Shown piece by piece: positions 13,831 through 29,183 of a stretch of DNA of 64,000 bases (position 1 is its first letter; each line of letters begins with the position of its first letter). Under the pieces are notes generated by a model. The model was not told where the DNA came from, ran no database searches, and worked only from the letters and a program-made list of their open reading frames with translations. Source of the stretch: Ophelia neglecta. Lineage: Eukaryota. The translations under genes and the position numbers were made by a program. The stretch lies in assembly GCA_965285935.1 (NCBI GenBank), contig OZ260662.1:67704001-67768000 (forward strand), in the 5' to 3' direction.

Positions 13831-16659
13831 ATGGTTGATGTGTTTTCCTTCATCATATATTGTTGTTCTATAACTGCGTAGATCTTAAGACCTAATGCCA
13901 TTCCACGCTTTAATGAGACTAATCAAAAAGACATGTGGTCACAAAGTTCTCATTTTTTTCAAGGTTTATTTAGCTAACAACAGCACATCTTATAAATTGA
14001 CTTGCTCACTCCAAACATCAATAAAAAACTTGTAGGCTGGCGACGCTAATTGTAAGATGTAAATTCAAATGATATAAATCAAGCATCGCCTGCACCTGGT
14101 TCCAATTACAGAATCGTTGGACCTGAAGGCGTGAACTAAATATACCGAAAGTCTTTTCACTCGGTGAACGCTTTAAATTATGCCCATATGTTATAGAATG
14201 TTTACAGTAAACTTTTCCTTATCTCCTCACCATGGAGATGAATATGATTTTTGAAGATCTAGTGCTTATCTAGAAAAAACGTTTTTTAAATCGACCTCCT
14301 CCTTCCGACATGTGAATTGCTTGCCAAATTTCGATGATGCAATATATAATTTCGTCTTATAAGACTAACTGTAGGAAAATGAGGTGGTTTTCCCAAAGTG
14401 CCCCCGCCATTGATAATTTTGATCACATAGTTGTAGAAACCGGTTGTTTAAGCGCTAGGACTCGGTAGCTTAGTGTAGGAGTAGTGAATTAATTTTTTTT
14501 TTATATATCGAACTCAAGTATAAAGTGTTTTATTGGTGTCGTTGTATGAAAGAAAAGATTCATGGATAGTTAAAGTCTCGGCCTTTTTTGAAGATTAGAG
14601 GCTTTAACTGAAACATCTGGCCACCGTAATTGAGCGTATGCGTAGCCTTAGTGTATAATGCCAGATAGTTATCTCCCTAGGGCCACATTATTAATCTGGT
14701 CTGTGCCTATTATTGATCACCGACCCAATTTATTAATAAGATGTAAATGCAATCTTTTATAAATGTTTGAAGATTAATTATGTGGCTCTTTTGGCAATAA
14801 AATTTCATTACTTAAGTAATACAGTGGTTCTAAGGTACTGAATCATCAATGCAAAACATCGGCCTTATTGATGATTCTCAAAGGCTAGTAGATTGCATTG
14901 TTGAATACTAAGAATTCTTTTTATAAAATTCATTTTTATATAGGTTTATTGTATTAAACTATAAGTAAATTAAATTATTTGGTAAAAAAAAACATATTTA
15001 GCTATAAACTTTATTTTTATATAAATTTTTGTTTACTATTTATTATTTTTATTTTATTAAACTAAACGTTCATTACATTTGTTTTATAAGATAAACAATT
15101 AACATGCCAAATTAATCAAATAACATTACTAAATATGAATCATAAGTAGAGCCTTTTTACCTTGATATATTTTTTACATTGAAATTAAAACTAACTTTTT
15201 CCATGCCTATAACCATGACATTTACATAAAATTCATAAAATGTCATTTTAAAATTCGTGTTTATGTCTGCGTGATCCTTCTACGATCTAAGAGTGTGTAG
15301 TGCCAAATATGTCTACTATTGAAAGAAGCCTTTTTATTGTCATAGACACTCGATACCAGACGACGCTTAATGTAAAGTAAGCCTTTACATCTTAAACAAA
15401 TAAAGGTTTAAGTTTTGTTGCATTGTATTCATAACGAAATGTATTAGACGTCGAAATTAAAAAACTCATATATTAAATGATAAAATGTCTTTTAAACTAA
15501 TATTGGTATCATAGCACCCAGCGAACACTGAGCACGTACTAGATGAACAGACCACTATTCTGTACACAACTGTTATGAGAAAGAGCTCTTTTGTTTTGAT
15601 GCTTAACATTCACAATAAATTGAATAAACAGGAAAGTACGATTTACGTAGATTATAATGATGAAGATGTTCTTGAACCATTGTGTTGATCCAAACATATT
15701 TTGTTTAATTACTTATCCCTGGGTAGGCCTGTTAGTTTCCAAATGTATTCATATTCCAGCGTACACTATAAACTCGCAATGGACTAAGCAGGGTTTAACA
15801 GAGGAGGGGCGACCCAAGGAAAGGGATGTATTGTTTGTTCCATTCACATAATATATTTGTGAGGGGAACCTTTCAGTTAAGATGGATAATTTACTATTAT
15901 TTATTTACATTATTAGGGTCACATTGTTTACATAATTTGTGATCAGATTTTATCACACGTACAAAGGTATTTACTCCTTATTTGTCGTCGTCTCTCATTC
16001 CATTAGAATCGCCTTGTGTTATTGAATTGTAATGATTTATATCTGGGTGGTGGCACTGAATTCAGGTTACTTTTATCTGATGTACTTTATAAATTGGAAT
16101 TATGTTTTAAACACCAACAGCTATATTATAAGTGTTATCGTAACGCCCACGACTGTCTTTTCTAATACACTCGGCTACCAAACCGCATTATTAGGCAAGT
16201 AGATACGAATATGATCTCAGGCCTTTTAGCTGATAACATTTTTCTTTTTATTCATTTCTTGATGGTGCGAAGTGATGGCCAAAAAATTAAAAGCATTCAC
16301 CTGAGTTACCCCTTAGGGAAAGTCTTTTATTGGGGGTTGTCAAAGGAACGGCCAAACAGGTTTTCCTTATGTAGGTTTCATTTCTGTATCCCTAGAGGCT
16401 TGATAGAACCCCCACACCCCTGGACACTTACTTATTTTTCAGTTTAGCATTTATCATAACAAACAGCATCTGGATATATTTGATAAGGTGTGTGGTTGTT
16501 GTCAGGTATTGGTTAACATAGCAATCATTACAAACTTGGAACATACGAACAACATTGCAAATGGTCTGGAAGCTATGACACCGTTGACAGCAAGCAAGTT
16601 GGTCACGGTCATGTGCCCAAAGGATGGTACATACCGTTTTTACTTGTGATTTTTAAGTA

Positions 16660-16827
16660 CAGTGAAACCTGTCTAATCAGGTCAGTCTAGGGACTGGAAA
16701 AAACTGACCACATTATGTATGTGACCTTAATAGGCAGTTTACTCATGGATTAATGGGGATTGGGCTATTATTTAGTGACCTAAGTGGGCAGGTGACCTTA
16801 TTACACAGGTGGCCACAAGTACATGTA
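16660..16827. mobile_element. Related pogo-type MITE with decayed right end
   Basis: Starts TA|CAGTGAAACCTGT and is colinear with the reverse complement of the 1372 element (agggactgg, ggcaggtg blocks). Its internal motif is GTGACC. The right TIR is not recognisable. Confidence 0.6.
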
Positions 16828-18283
16828 TATCTAAATGACCTACTTCGGCTATTTTCACTTCGATTCCTATTGTAAGTTAACATACGACCAAACTCTGTAT
16901 CCGCACATAAACTGTACCTGGTGCCCCAGTTAGAGTTAGTTTAGTCTATGGTTAAATCGCCTACCTTCCCATTGGTAATGACTTAAGGGATCATGGCCCA
17001 CTGCAAACAATATGACCACACTTTTTACAAAATGATCAATGTCCTGCATCAAGGAAGGTAAAACAAAAGTCGGGTAAGACGAGATTGGTGACTACGTGGA
17101 GATGAGGACAGAATAATCACAAAACTCCTAAAAGGTCGCCACATAAGTAAAGTAGATTATGAGCACATCAGTAGGTCATTTTACGCCTACTTTAGGGAAA
17201 AGGAAAAGTGTGGTGCCTTAGGACATCTTTATATCCGTGGTGCTGCCGAGCGTCTTAACCTTTAAGTATCTATAAATCGGCCATTTGTGTCAAAAAAGAC
17301 ACGTGGGTCGCGGTGAAAGCATTTTAAACGAGACACTCACCGTTGTGGATTCTGGACGAAAAAAAGCGAAGTTAAGAATGCGAGCAAGGTATATCTTTTG
17401 GCGGTTAGAATAAAATATGCACTGGCAACTTTCTGAAAAACAGTGTCCTTTTTAATGTTACCAAGCTTACAAGTTACATTAATAACATCTTCACAAATTA
17501 CTTTCCACAAAGTATTATCCCTCACATAAAACGTCGTTTGGTGTTGTAGACTTTTCAACTTTCCACGTGGTCTTCAAATTTTATTACATTAAGTTCCAAA
17601 TTTTCGCCTCGAATTGTTTTAAATAAAATGTGCTAAAATACTAGTTAGCAAAATATATATACATATATGATTATACATATTAGTCATGTTGATTTCACAA
17701 TAATTGTGTAACCATTTAAGAACTACATAAGAGCCGTCTTTGTTAAGAGTTGTAAGGCGATATGGTTTCGCTCATGTCCATCTAGTGCAAGATATATACT
17801 TCAGCATATTTAAGTTTCCTCCTCTCCTTCGAGAGATATACCGACATCGCATACAGATTATTTTAATCATATTTGATGCAAAGGTCTTGTTTATGGAACG
17901 TTAGTAGTATTCGTTATCCTCATTACCTAATTGGTTATTAAAACTCCATGGAAAGGAGGGCGGAAATGAATGTGCATAGAATTTCCGCCTACAGGAACAT
18001 TATTCAGTGGAAATAAAATGTGTTTCAACTTAATGACAGCAAATTTATCAAAATGAAAAAAAAGCTAAATCAAAGTATAAACGTACCAGACGGCCTGTTC
18101 GGGCACTTTGAATGTTCGCATTTTCCGGAGGGAGATACCCCGGGCTCCCGGAGTATGACTGCGCCAAAAGCTATTGCGCTGGTGCGCATCAAGATCATAC
18201 AGTTTGGCCGCCAACAATCCCTGTTTCAACCGCCAGGCCGACGCTCAAACAAATTGAAAATCTTGACTTCCTGAAGGTCAAAC

Positions 18284-18417
18284 GTGTGTGTGTGTGTGTG
18301 TGAGGGTGTGTGTGTGGAGGGGGGGGGGGTGGGTCGTGATGGACATACAATATTTGCCAACCGAGGTGGATTGGGTCCTTGATATCGGAGAGAGAAAGCC
18401 CCCCCCCCCCCCCCCCC
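18284..18417. repeat. (GT)n microsatellite followed by G11 and C19 homopolymers
   Basis: Read directly from the sequence. Confidence 0.9.
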
Positions 18418-21400
18418 AATTGAGCATTTTAATTAATTATTACACGCCTGCGGTATTCGTTTCAGCGGGGTGAAATATGCTCTTAAAATTCATTATCTTC
18501 AAATAGAAAGGTAAAAAGTAGGGCACGATAAATGTTTATGCACATGATAGGGGCTGAGGTATCTGGCCATTACTTCTTAAAAAACGGCAATAATGTGATT
18601 GTCAAAAGCGGCAAAAACACATATTGTACGGTACATTCCGCTGTGTTACTCTCTGTAACTTTTAACACATGTTAGACGCGCGCGCGTTGCGACATGATTT
18701 CACGGTCTTCGATCTGCCGTATATAAAAACGTCAAAACAGTGATTAAGGACCCTCCATACATCCAGCCCAATAACTTAGATAATCGCAAGGCCTTTGGTA
18801 GCTCCTAAACAACACAAATTGCCTAATTGGCGGCTGATGATGAAACACGAGTTTCGATTTTCTGGTAATCAGTATCCTCTGTCTCATGAGTTAAATCTGG
18901 CCATCCTTAGAAGAAAGATTACTCAGTTTTGCCTGGCTCTTGATGAGGCAATCAGCTCCTTGTTATCAAACACCACCCTCGAATGCCACGGCGTTATAGA
19001 CAACGAACACGGTTTCTACTTCATTGAACAATGGAAATGCGCTCGCCGTCTGCTGCGAGCACGCTCATCACGGAGGTAATCTGTTTTCATTCCACGCTTC
19101 CGAGTGTAATCGTCCGCAAATATCACTTTTTTGAGGGGGCTTTGTCATTATCTAACGCGACATTTATATATGCGTAGCCATGTTTTAAGCGTGAGTAAAT
19201 AATTCAGTTAGTAGGTCTACACCACTAACACAACGTTAAAATAAAATTGTTTTTGAAAGGGGTACGTGAGTTAGGAAGCGGCAGCCGAGTTTTAGACACA
19301 GTGCAGGTCAGGGGTCACGTTGTCTTCACTGAGGCCATCAAATCCCGACCAAAGCCTCTTAGGCAAGCCTGCCCCCGGCAGTATTCACGCTTACACATCT
19401 GGCCGATTGACGGATATTAAAACCTTTTAGGATGAGTCTTTTGGAAATGACATGATTCCATTACAATGCACTTGTTGCCCGAGGCGATACTTTTATACCA
19501 ATAGAGACAGTGGAAAGCTGAATCTTTAATGGTCGACCAACTTCGTGAGAGACAATGCCCATTAGAATTAGATCCAAGTCGTTGTATCAATGAGAATGGC
19601 TGTCATTTTTCTAGTCACTTCATATTCAGTGTGAGACGAGACATTATTAAAGTTTACTAGGTAGAATGAATGACCTAGATGTGATCAAAATGGGAGAATA
19701 ATTGGAGCAAGTGTTGCCATTTCTTTGTATAATTATTGTTAACGTTTTTTAAAATGATGAAATGGTGTACCAATATTTGTCTCTATGTACAGCTATACTG
19801 TTACAAACTTTATGTAAATATCATATATCCCTGATCCTTTGCTATCTATTCTTGACCCGGAAGATATCATAAAAGTTTGGTGTGTCCTTAGGGAGTTTCT
19901 GTGGAATCTGGCACTGATGTTTACAAAGATCATGTCAAGCTATCTCTTTAGCTGGACTCACTTTACGTTCAAATCTATATGGATGCTTGACGCCACAATT
20001 TGCCTGGCGCCAAGTTGTTCTGATTTGCTTGTAAACGAGGCATTCCTTTTTTTTATCTTTGTCAGCTTATCTGAAATAGTTTAATGTGAACTTAGAAGGC
20101 TATACACTTTCAGAATTACCCCAATAGATCCCAAATTGTGACCAACTTAATAACATAATTGCAAAAAAACACTCATTCAGGCTCACTCCAGTAAATACCT
20201 AGAGCAGAAGTGTTCTGGCGACACTTGGCACTTAAATTACTTGTATGACAGGCGCTGTCTGACTTAACATGCTTAAGAGAAGTTCATGCCGAAGTAAATC
20301 ATATAACTACCAATATCATATAAGTAATCCAGAGAAGGAACAAAATTGTTAATTCTGGCGCTACTCTAACGTTAGCAAGATTTGCAGAATTATCCTCGAT
20401 GATAAAAATAACAAATGGAAAACTCTTCACATAAACCACACGCAAAGATGCCAGCTGGATGATATTACTTTTCGTCATCTGCACCTTGGATAAATATACT
20501 TTTTATCATATATTGGAATGTGTAAATTATAAATATTCAGCATCATATATCTACTTAGTCCATTATGGTGGCTGCAAAGAATTGATTTACCTTTGAGTAA
20601 GTATGCTGAGCGTCTCTTGGGAAATAAAGATGGTGCGTGTACGTTAGATATCTAGAATCTGATGAGAACTTCAGAAGTATTAAATATACACATATCTGGC
20701 ATCTTTCTGTCATCAGTAAATATGCTGAGAGTATTTTCGCCTTAGTTTTTAGGTGCCTATAAGTGAATTTGGCGAGGAATAACACGTTTTAGAGGGTTTT
20801 TTTCATTACGCCGACAGAATATTTATGGCTGTTGAATATCATAATATGCCATCGAAAATTTCTGATAGTCAATTCAACAAGGCTGTTTTATTACCAGTTA
20901 GTCTTTTTTGCTAAAGATGTTTTTATGAGTTTCCTTAATGTTCTCGATTCCAAGTCAGCGAATATCATTTACCGAAAAGAAAAACAGCGCTCAGTGTCTA
21001 TTGATATTATTGGACTGTCGTACTGATGTTCTCATTCTTATCGGTGCTTTCTCTTTATACAGATGCGTGCACATTGGCACAATTTTATAAAAGCTCTTAA
21101 AAGTTTGCCAACTATGGCCAAAGTCGATCATATCTCTAAACTAAATTGCAATTGTGGCTATCGATATCACGGAAAGGGGAAACATACATATCATTACTGA
21201 TGAGAAAAAATTAATAGTAAGTACAGTAATTAACGACATAGAAGCCCACTTTGGTCTTTTATATAAACTATTCGGTTGGCACTAAACAGCAGAGGGGAAC
21301 ACAGGGCCTTGTTACATCTTACTAAACTAAAACAAACCTCCTATGTAGATACGCCAGGATACATTTAGAAATACATCGAAAAACAACCAGGCTCATTTTG

Positions 21401-24400
21401 TTAAACAATTAACTAGACGGAGAGAGTAATTGATAAAGTAATTTAGTTGTAAGGCTGAAAAACCCATTGTTAAAGTTAGAAATGACCTCAAAATCTAATT
21501 TTCTGTTCCGCATTTCAGACCAAAACACTACGTACAGTGTAAGGGAAACGGTGAGACCGTCTTTTGCGGCATCCATGAAACAACTCATGTTCCAGATGTA
21601 GCCTAAATTAGCCACATTCACATTTTGCGATAAATGTAAAAACCAGTACTAGTGTCTGCACAACTCCCCATACTATCTGATGCCAATTTCGGGGATTACG
21701 ACTGTATTGATTTTGGCAACACATGTTGAAAGGTTTAGTTTCTGATTTTAGCTTAAACGCACATTTGAACTAGTAGCACGAGGTGCCAGGTTTTAGTTTC
21801 ACATTTCAGTTGTTCCCTCACCATTTTCTTTTATCATTTAATATATTAAAATTTAGTATATTAAATGATTCCATACCCTGCGCAAATAAGGCTGATGAGC
21901 TCCGTAGAATTTTTTTCGATTGTTCAATATCTATTGACAAATGTATTGGTTCAGTCAATAGAACAGTTCCGAGAGGATAAAACGGTTTTTAATACGGATT
22001 TGGGTAAGAATTGACTTCTTTACCAGTCCTTATATATATATTATAGGTAGATGGGGTGATTTTAAACCCAAAACCGGATTTATTACCGTCTATATAGCTG
22101 ATAATAATAATCTATATGACTACAAGAATGTTGGTTGAGCGAATTCATTGTAAATCCAGGGGCTTTTATGAGGTGCTTGTGTTGGAATACTAATAAAGAT
22201 ATATATTTATATCTGTATATGTTATGTACTAAAATAGGCAATATGCGATATACATGGTTCGTTATTCAGCCTCAGACATTCTTGAGTCGCTCTTCGACAC
22301 AGGTTGTTTACTATTCAAGGTCAATTAAAACACCTTGGAGAGAGGTCGAGAGCGAGCTTATGGATTTGGTCAAAAGGAAAGAAAATCAATATTTTGATGC
22401 ACTCTTGTGAGCCCTCTACACACTGTCATACGGTAGTATTAACAGGGCTTGGCTAACATTTCTGTTTATTTGATAGGGGGAGGCAGGGTTAAAGTCGTGA
22501 GACTCGAAAACGAAATAAAACATGTCCACACATAAAACAGCGAAAACGAAAAATATTAACAATCTTAAAAACCTTTTACATTCTTTTTTCATTTAGGATT
22601 AGTCTTGCCTTAAAAAGTTCTCTGAACGGAACATACTGTTACGACCATAGCTAAAAAAACAAATAGAAGGAATAAAAATCCGTGTACATATATTCAGATA
22701 AAAATTGTACATGAACATTGTCGGTTGCGTTTTCTACAGTCGTCATCTCAACTACAGTCTGCGAACGAAGTGCAACTGACAATGAATGACAGCCGAGATT
22801 TCCAAGTCCATCCAGCAATTCAATTCTCGGGCGGCTAACTGCAAACGGAAGACATATAAAAGTGTTGATATTGTATTGAATATTAGATTTGCAGAGTTCC
22901 ACCTGCCACATACATAGCCAACTCGGTTATTATTGCCTACGAGAAATCTGCCTGTCATAATTATCCACTGTTGGTGTTTTTTATTGACGTGTCACGTTTG
23001 ACTTGCGGGAGCACTTGAATTCGTTGAAAGCCTGTTTCTATTTTGTCTTATATTGCATTAGCATTTTGCTTGTTCCATCGGCAGAAACCTTGTAAATGCA
23101 CTAGACACATCTCATGTAATTTCTCTTCTTTACATCAGAGACACTCTGCCTTAATGCATGCTAGAAGGAAGTGTCTATAATGAAAAAGAGGGTGACGGGG
23201 GGATGGGGGGGGGGGGGGGGGCATTCGCCCTGACTTATTACGGTAATTAGATGATTGCATACATATATCTAAAAAGCTATCCACTATGCGTTAAGTTTTT
23301 TTCATAACTTATTGTTGACTGTACAGAATGCTACTTATCGTGTCCACCAGCAGAGGCAACATTGTCTAAATTATGACAACATTCACTATGAATTGATAAT
23401 ATCATATTCAGTCATAACAAAAGTTCAAGCAATCTTTACACTATTCCCAAGCATTGCCCACAGGCCTTATTGCATTCAGATCCAGCCTGAGTGAGCCAAA
23501 TTACTTGGAAATGATAGATGTAACACTATCTGATAATAAATTCGACGAGGCTGCTGACACATTCTGACAACAAAAAGAGACAAATTGGCCCCATTTCCTT
23601 CTTATATAAACCATACATTAACCTCCCCAGAAATAATCGATTTCTATCAATCAGTGATGAGGTCAAATAAACTCAGTGTCCCGCTGCTCCTCTTCGTAAT
23701 TTGTACAGATGAAGATTACCCCATGATTATGCCTAGTAGAAGTTGTGTGACTGACCTGCAGGTGAGAGTTATAAAAGGTAATTCAACCATCTTGTTTGAC
23801 ATAATATCAAGGGAAGGTTCTTGATACTGATGATCCATTGATTTATGTGCTAGAAAAGAAATGCATTTATGGCAGACGACCAAGAAAAAGAAACGCACTT
23901 AGGGAACTTTCCCAAATTGTAAGGATACAGGATATGATAAAATATCTATCTGCTCACAGTGGCCACAAGCTCGAAACGATCCTGAGCCAGTGGTAACTCT
24001 GTGAGCAGGGTAAGTATCCGTTGGAATGAACACATATAATGGTGTGAATACATTCTCAGAGTGAGACTGAGGCGGTCTTTAATAATTGCAATGGGGGGGG
24101 GGGGGATCTAATTTCTATAAGATACTAGAGCACCGAGTTCCGAGAGCATAAACCTTAATTATCATTAGAATGAATAGCTTCCAGGTGTCTTTAAATGTAA
24201 ATATTATTGGGTTGATGCATTGCATCCCTTTACAATTTGAAGCTTTGTGCTTAAACCAGGTTAAGGTTTTATCGTCAGAATCCTTATTGACACAAAAGGT
24301 ATAAGCCCAAAGATACCATATAATATAACATCTTTCATCGCATGTCCATGTTCTGAGTGCCAAAACCTTGGGCCTGATTCAATACAAGTGTCATGTTGTA

Positions 24401-27400
24401 CAATTCATATCGTACTTGCTTCACACGCATCAGAATCTGGAATAACCAGATTCGAGTTTATTAACACGAAAGAAACATGACGAAAAATGCATGATGCGGT
24501 TCTCCATGTATATAGTTACCTGTATTAATAACGGTTGAAAGATATGAGATACAGGTTCATTTCCCTGTGAGTCGTATTCATGAGCTATGTACAATTTCCT
24601 TGTCCAATTTCCATTCTTAATATGAATGAGGACAGGAAAAGCATCATGTCTACTCCTATAGCATGCCGCACGCCTAAGAAAGATTCTTAACTCCCATAAT
24701 TTTTAATGTGCAATGATTCTAAATGCAACGTTGATAATTATATTAATTTGGTTTTTAGAATAATAGGCCTATATCCAATGCATTTATGTACATTATGTTA
24801 CATAATAAGTACATTATGTTTTTTTTGTGCGTAAGTTTATGAAGTGACCTCTTGTTGTGCTATAATCATGGGACAGAATCATCAAAAATTGACATTGTGC
24901 TAATATTTTTTTTGCATAGAGCAATAAATATTGTATCGCTATGAGGACATTAGTAATATGGTCGTGTCAGCACGCTGAAGAGTTCCGAGGATATCAACAG
25001 GCGATAACGGTGGCATATAAAACCATAGTAGTATTTTATATAGATTAATTCCAATCTGGTATAAGCCTAGGCGGATAAGCTGTAAGTAACTCTATTGCCG
25101 ACTTTCACCTGTGACATCATCGGAGGTTTACCACTTCCTGATCTTAGTCGAGCCACACCCAGACATTAACAGCCCCCTAAAACATCACAAACAGGGTGAC
25201 TGTGGGTTATATGGCACGTGCGGCAAAGCCGGTATCTGCCTATTTACTTGTGCAAAATTTGATTATTTCACAACAATGCCATCAACTGCAAATAGATCAT
25301 GGCCTAATTTTTGCCGATGGCAGGTACTTGCTAGTTTATTTTCAATCAGTCCTGCCCACTGTGCCATGAAGAAACTGAGAAAAGTGCTGGAAGGCTTAAA
25401 GCAATCAGGATGAACCTAAAAGAACAGGGATGAAAGAATAGCACAAACGAGAAGGCAAATTGGTCTGATGGCCGGGAGAAGGAAATAATTCAGGCGTTAA
25501 CAGTGAATCCCAAAGGACCCCTGGCTTGTAAACTACTTTCTCCTGATTACAGCTCATGTAAAATACGCCGACATGAGAGCATTGTTATAGGATTATTGAC
25601 TGCCAGCAAAAGAACATGATTTCTTGAGGTATTGGCCATTGTTGGTTGTAGACCGATGGGTCATTGGTATTCACTGTGAAGTCTTGAAATTACATTCCAC
25701 TTCCTGTCATACGAGGTGGACATGACTGCTACAAATTGGGTCTGTCTTGAGAGCACGTGATGAATCAAATATTCGTTGTCTTTTGTTTGATACAATATCG
25801 CAAGCAGAGCAAAGAATCAGAGAATGGCCCGTATACCCCAGCAACTGCTCTACACTTAGAAAGCTGAATCAATGTCATGAATTTTATCGTTGTTGTTACT
25901 TAGTATTTGATTGAGACTTTCTGATAGACCATTTTAGATTTGGACTGTTTGTTGTATTGTTTTGAGAACCGTTTTTTTCTAGGGCTTTTTTCTCTGTCAC
26001 TCTAGGAGATGGGGTCTATTAGTTGAAACAAAAACATACATTATGTTTGGATTCTGATAACCTTGAAGTTGAAACCCCCTTTCCATGGCGCCCCCTTTGT
26101 TGAAGAGACAAAGAGAGCAGCTCATGGCCTGAGGGGTCCACTTCAGCGGCTCAGAGTCTTACATCATCCAGTACCTCATCGAAAGACTCAGAAACTAAGT
26201 AAAAACATGCAGTAAAGTGAGCGACTCCACCCAGCATGGATCTAGTGTGCAGCCATAAAACATCTTTGAACTCAATTCATTTAAGAATTGGGCATTTATA
26301 AAGCTGTCACTATGAAAGCACGCAGATCCCCAAACGACTTAGCGGGTTTCGATTCAACAAATTGCTGAATGCTGATAAAAACTGAAACAGGCAATGTCAG
26401 AGTGACGATGAATCACAAAAAATATGGCTAAAACCTTACATGGCTGCTAGCTCCCTTGTGGGCACACCTGCCCAGAGGTGATTTATTCAATTCGGAATCG
26501 CCTGTTAACATGTCAAATTTGTGGCGCTGTATAATCCTCAGGAAGACCACGTGCCGAATCCGGCCGCATTAATGAGGTCGGAGTAGTTTGTCCGCTCCCC
26601 TGGTAGGAACTCACGGGGCCAATTTGTCAACAAGCCGATTCGCTTGTCATAAATATCAGAGTTGATCTTTGCGGGTTGTCAAAATTGAAATGACGATATC
26701 AACGATTTCACCTGGGATCAACCCTGTAAAAGAACCAACCCTCCATATCTATGAGAAGTGAGCGTCTTTCTTTTAGCGTGTCTGGATCCGACCAGTGTTA
26801 GCACAAAGCCCGCTGACTTGTGAGTCATCTGGCTACATGTATATTCATTTAAGGAGCAAATTTCCTCAATAAAAAACCTGTAACTACCATGCCAGGCAAT
26901 GAGAGCGAGCTTTTATTAAACTTCTCTGGGTTGATTGTCAAACTGTGTTGAGTATTATGATGAGACAGACTTTAACCCATGGAACTGCCATTTGGTTTAT
27001 TACACTAGCATGGAATACTTTTCAAATATGACTCCGTGGGGACACTCTTCACATTTTATGTATTATCACCAAGGTTTTTTGCTAACTTAATATGATGGAA
27101 CTTGGACAGAACTTGACCATGACACTAAAAATCTTAAATGACCGTTAGCCTGGTTCACCAAGTCAGTCTCACCGTTGTATATTGTATCATTAAGACAAAA
27201 ATTGATAGCCCCAAACTATATTGTAAAGCTACTTACGCATAATATGTTATGACATAGTTGCCACGCCCCCTGATAAAGTGGCAGTGACTACCTGGCAGCC
27301 ACACAAGTCATTTTATAGGCTCGATTTGGTCAGGAACCATCGGATGCAGGCCCAAACAAAACCACACGTCCATAATCGGAAAAATAAGTTTGTAACATTA

Positions 27401-28959
27401 TTACGTCTAATACATATATAGATAATATCTGTGTCACGCGCATAGAGCAGATTCAGTAGTGTTCCCTCATATCATACAGAGCAAAACAACGAAGGAGTCA
27501 GTGATTAATATTAAGATGAAAATGAAACGTTCTAGCAGAGTCTTCGCCGAGTAATATTAACCCCTGCATGGCCAAATAGAGTTAAATTTGATGACCACAC
27601 CATGTCATTTATAACGCTGGACCACATATTAAAACGGTTCTCCTGTTCGGTAACTCTTTTAGTTTTTTTCTACCGACGAAAAACCCTTCGAAGATATATC
27701 GTTATATTAAACATGGTATATTGAGTTATACGGTCATTTATGCTTAGCCTAAGTTTTGGTAAGAAAACATGAAAATCATGTGTCTCACGTGTTAAAGACT
27801 AAATTTATTTTCAATGTGTGCCATGCAACGCAGAGCTCTGTCCGCTTTGATATTAGTAAACTGAGAGAAATTTACTTAGCAGTTGCGTACCATCCCGATC
27901 ATAGTAATAGCATTTTCATAGACATCCTGTTTGACAGGCTAACTGGGCGATTTCGTGAACATTTCTAGTCAACTTGGTTGATTGATGGTAAAACTCCCCA
28001 GGAGGGAGATTATGATTCCAATCGGTATTCCAGATAGGTAGAAGCAGCTGCCCAAAACTTTATATTAGTAACCTAGGCCAAAGGGCAAACGTTTTGTTAC
28101 TTATTCATTTAAGCAGGAATGGTTAATCTAAAGAACTGTAACGATAGCTGTGACCCAAGAGATAGGTTTTGAATTTGTATTTGAGATTCACAACAACAAC
28201 GAAATGATATATTGGGCAAGAGATGAATAGTGAAGAAAAGCCTTAACAATTAAAACCACACATTACGGACTTACAACATTAACTAGCCCAGGTTGTTAAC
28301 AAATAATTTTGCCATGTTAAATAAACAATTTTTTTATAGACTCTTTATCAGGTCAAAAATATATAATATACTCACAGGGGCAAAATTTCATTAGTTAATG
28401 AGTGCCAGCTTTTCTCATCCAAAGCTTTACGTAATACAACTTATTTAAGTATCATTATCATCTCATACTCAGGCTGGTGGATATTCTTGTTTGTGTCGAG
28501 CCTTAAGAAAAGGAGAAAACAAAGCGCCCTCTATCTCATATGACGTTGATGATATTTGATTTGGCAAATCCGAACAGGCAATTCACACCAGTCGATCTTC
28601 ACCAAAGTGCCCGGAGCTCTTAGGCACCATATATACCTGGAACACTGAATCCCAAGTCTCAAATCAAATGAGGCAAACCGACAATGAAAACGTGACAATC
28701 TCTTGCTGGCATATGACCTGGATTACAATAATTAATCAGCAATGAACCATAATCGAATGAAAGTTTTAATAGATTAAAATTTTCGTAGCTTACGCCAATT
28801 TATTAATCATATGTGATAGCTATTTGGACTTTGCTTCTTATCAAGAGATTCTTCTGATATGTCGACGGAGTGCATTCTCAGATATACAATCAGATGGTAC
28901 CAACGTACCAGGTGCCAACACCGTATCTAACCGCCCGGCAAAGATGGCATTTTGCAGTC

Positions 28960-29110
28960 TATAGTCGGTATGGAGCGTCGTTTCCTCTTGGCTCTGCATG
29001 CGCTGTACTAAACAGTCTGGCCAGAGCGCGGCTCCTGCTGGCTGCTTTAAATCCCATTCTCTCTCTGCCTCGCCCTCACTCTCTACGCCACCACATCTAA
29101 GTAGCTTGGG
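28960..29110 (+). promoter_or_regulatory. Putative promoter/TSS region of the IgSF gene
   Basis: Locally GC/CpG-rich, with TTTAAA followed by pyrimidine-rich Inr-like CATTCT/TCACT, directly upstream of the exon ending at the 29352 donor. This is inference only. Confidence 0.3.
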
Positions 29111-29183
29111 CACTTGTTGCCTCGAAGACTGGGTCTATTGAGACCTGTTGGTGAGCAACGGAAAGGCGTCTGTGTTAATACTA

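Noticed and set aside
18834-21910. CTGATGA cores (18834, 21892, and minus strand near 20716) as hammerhead ribozymes
   Set aside because: None has a proper stem II followed by GAAA with closing stems I and III.
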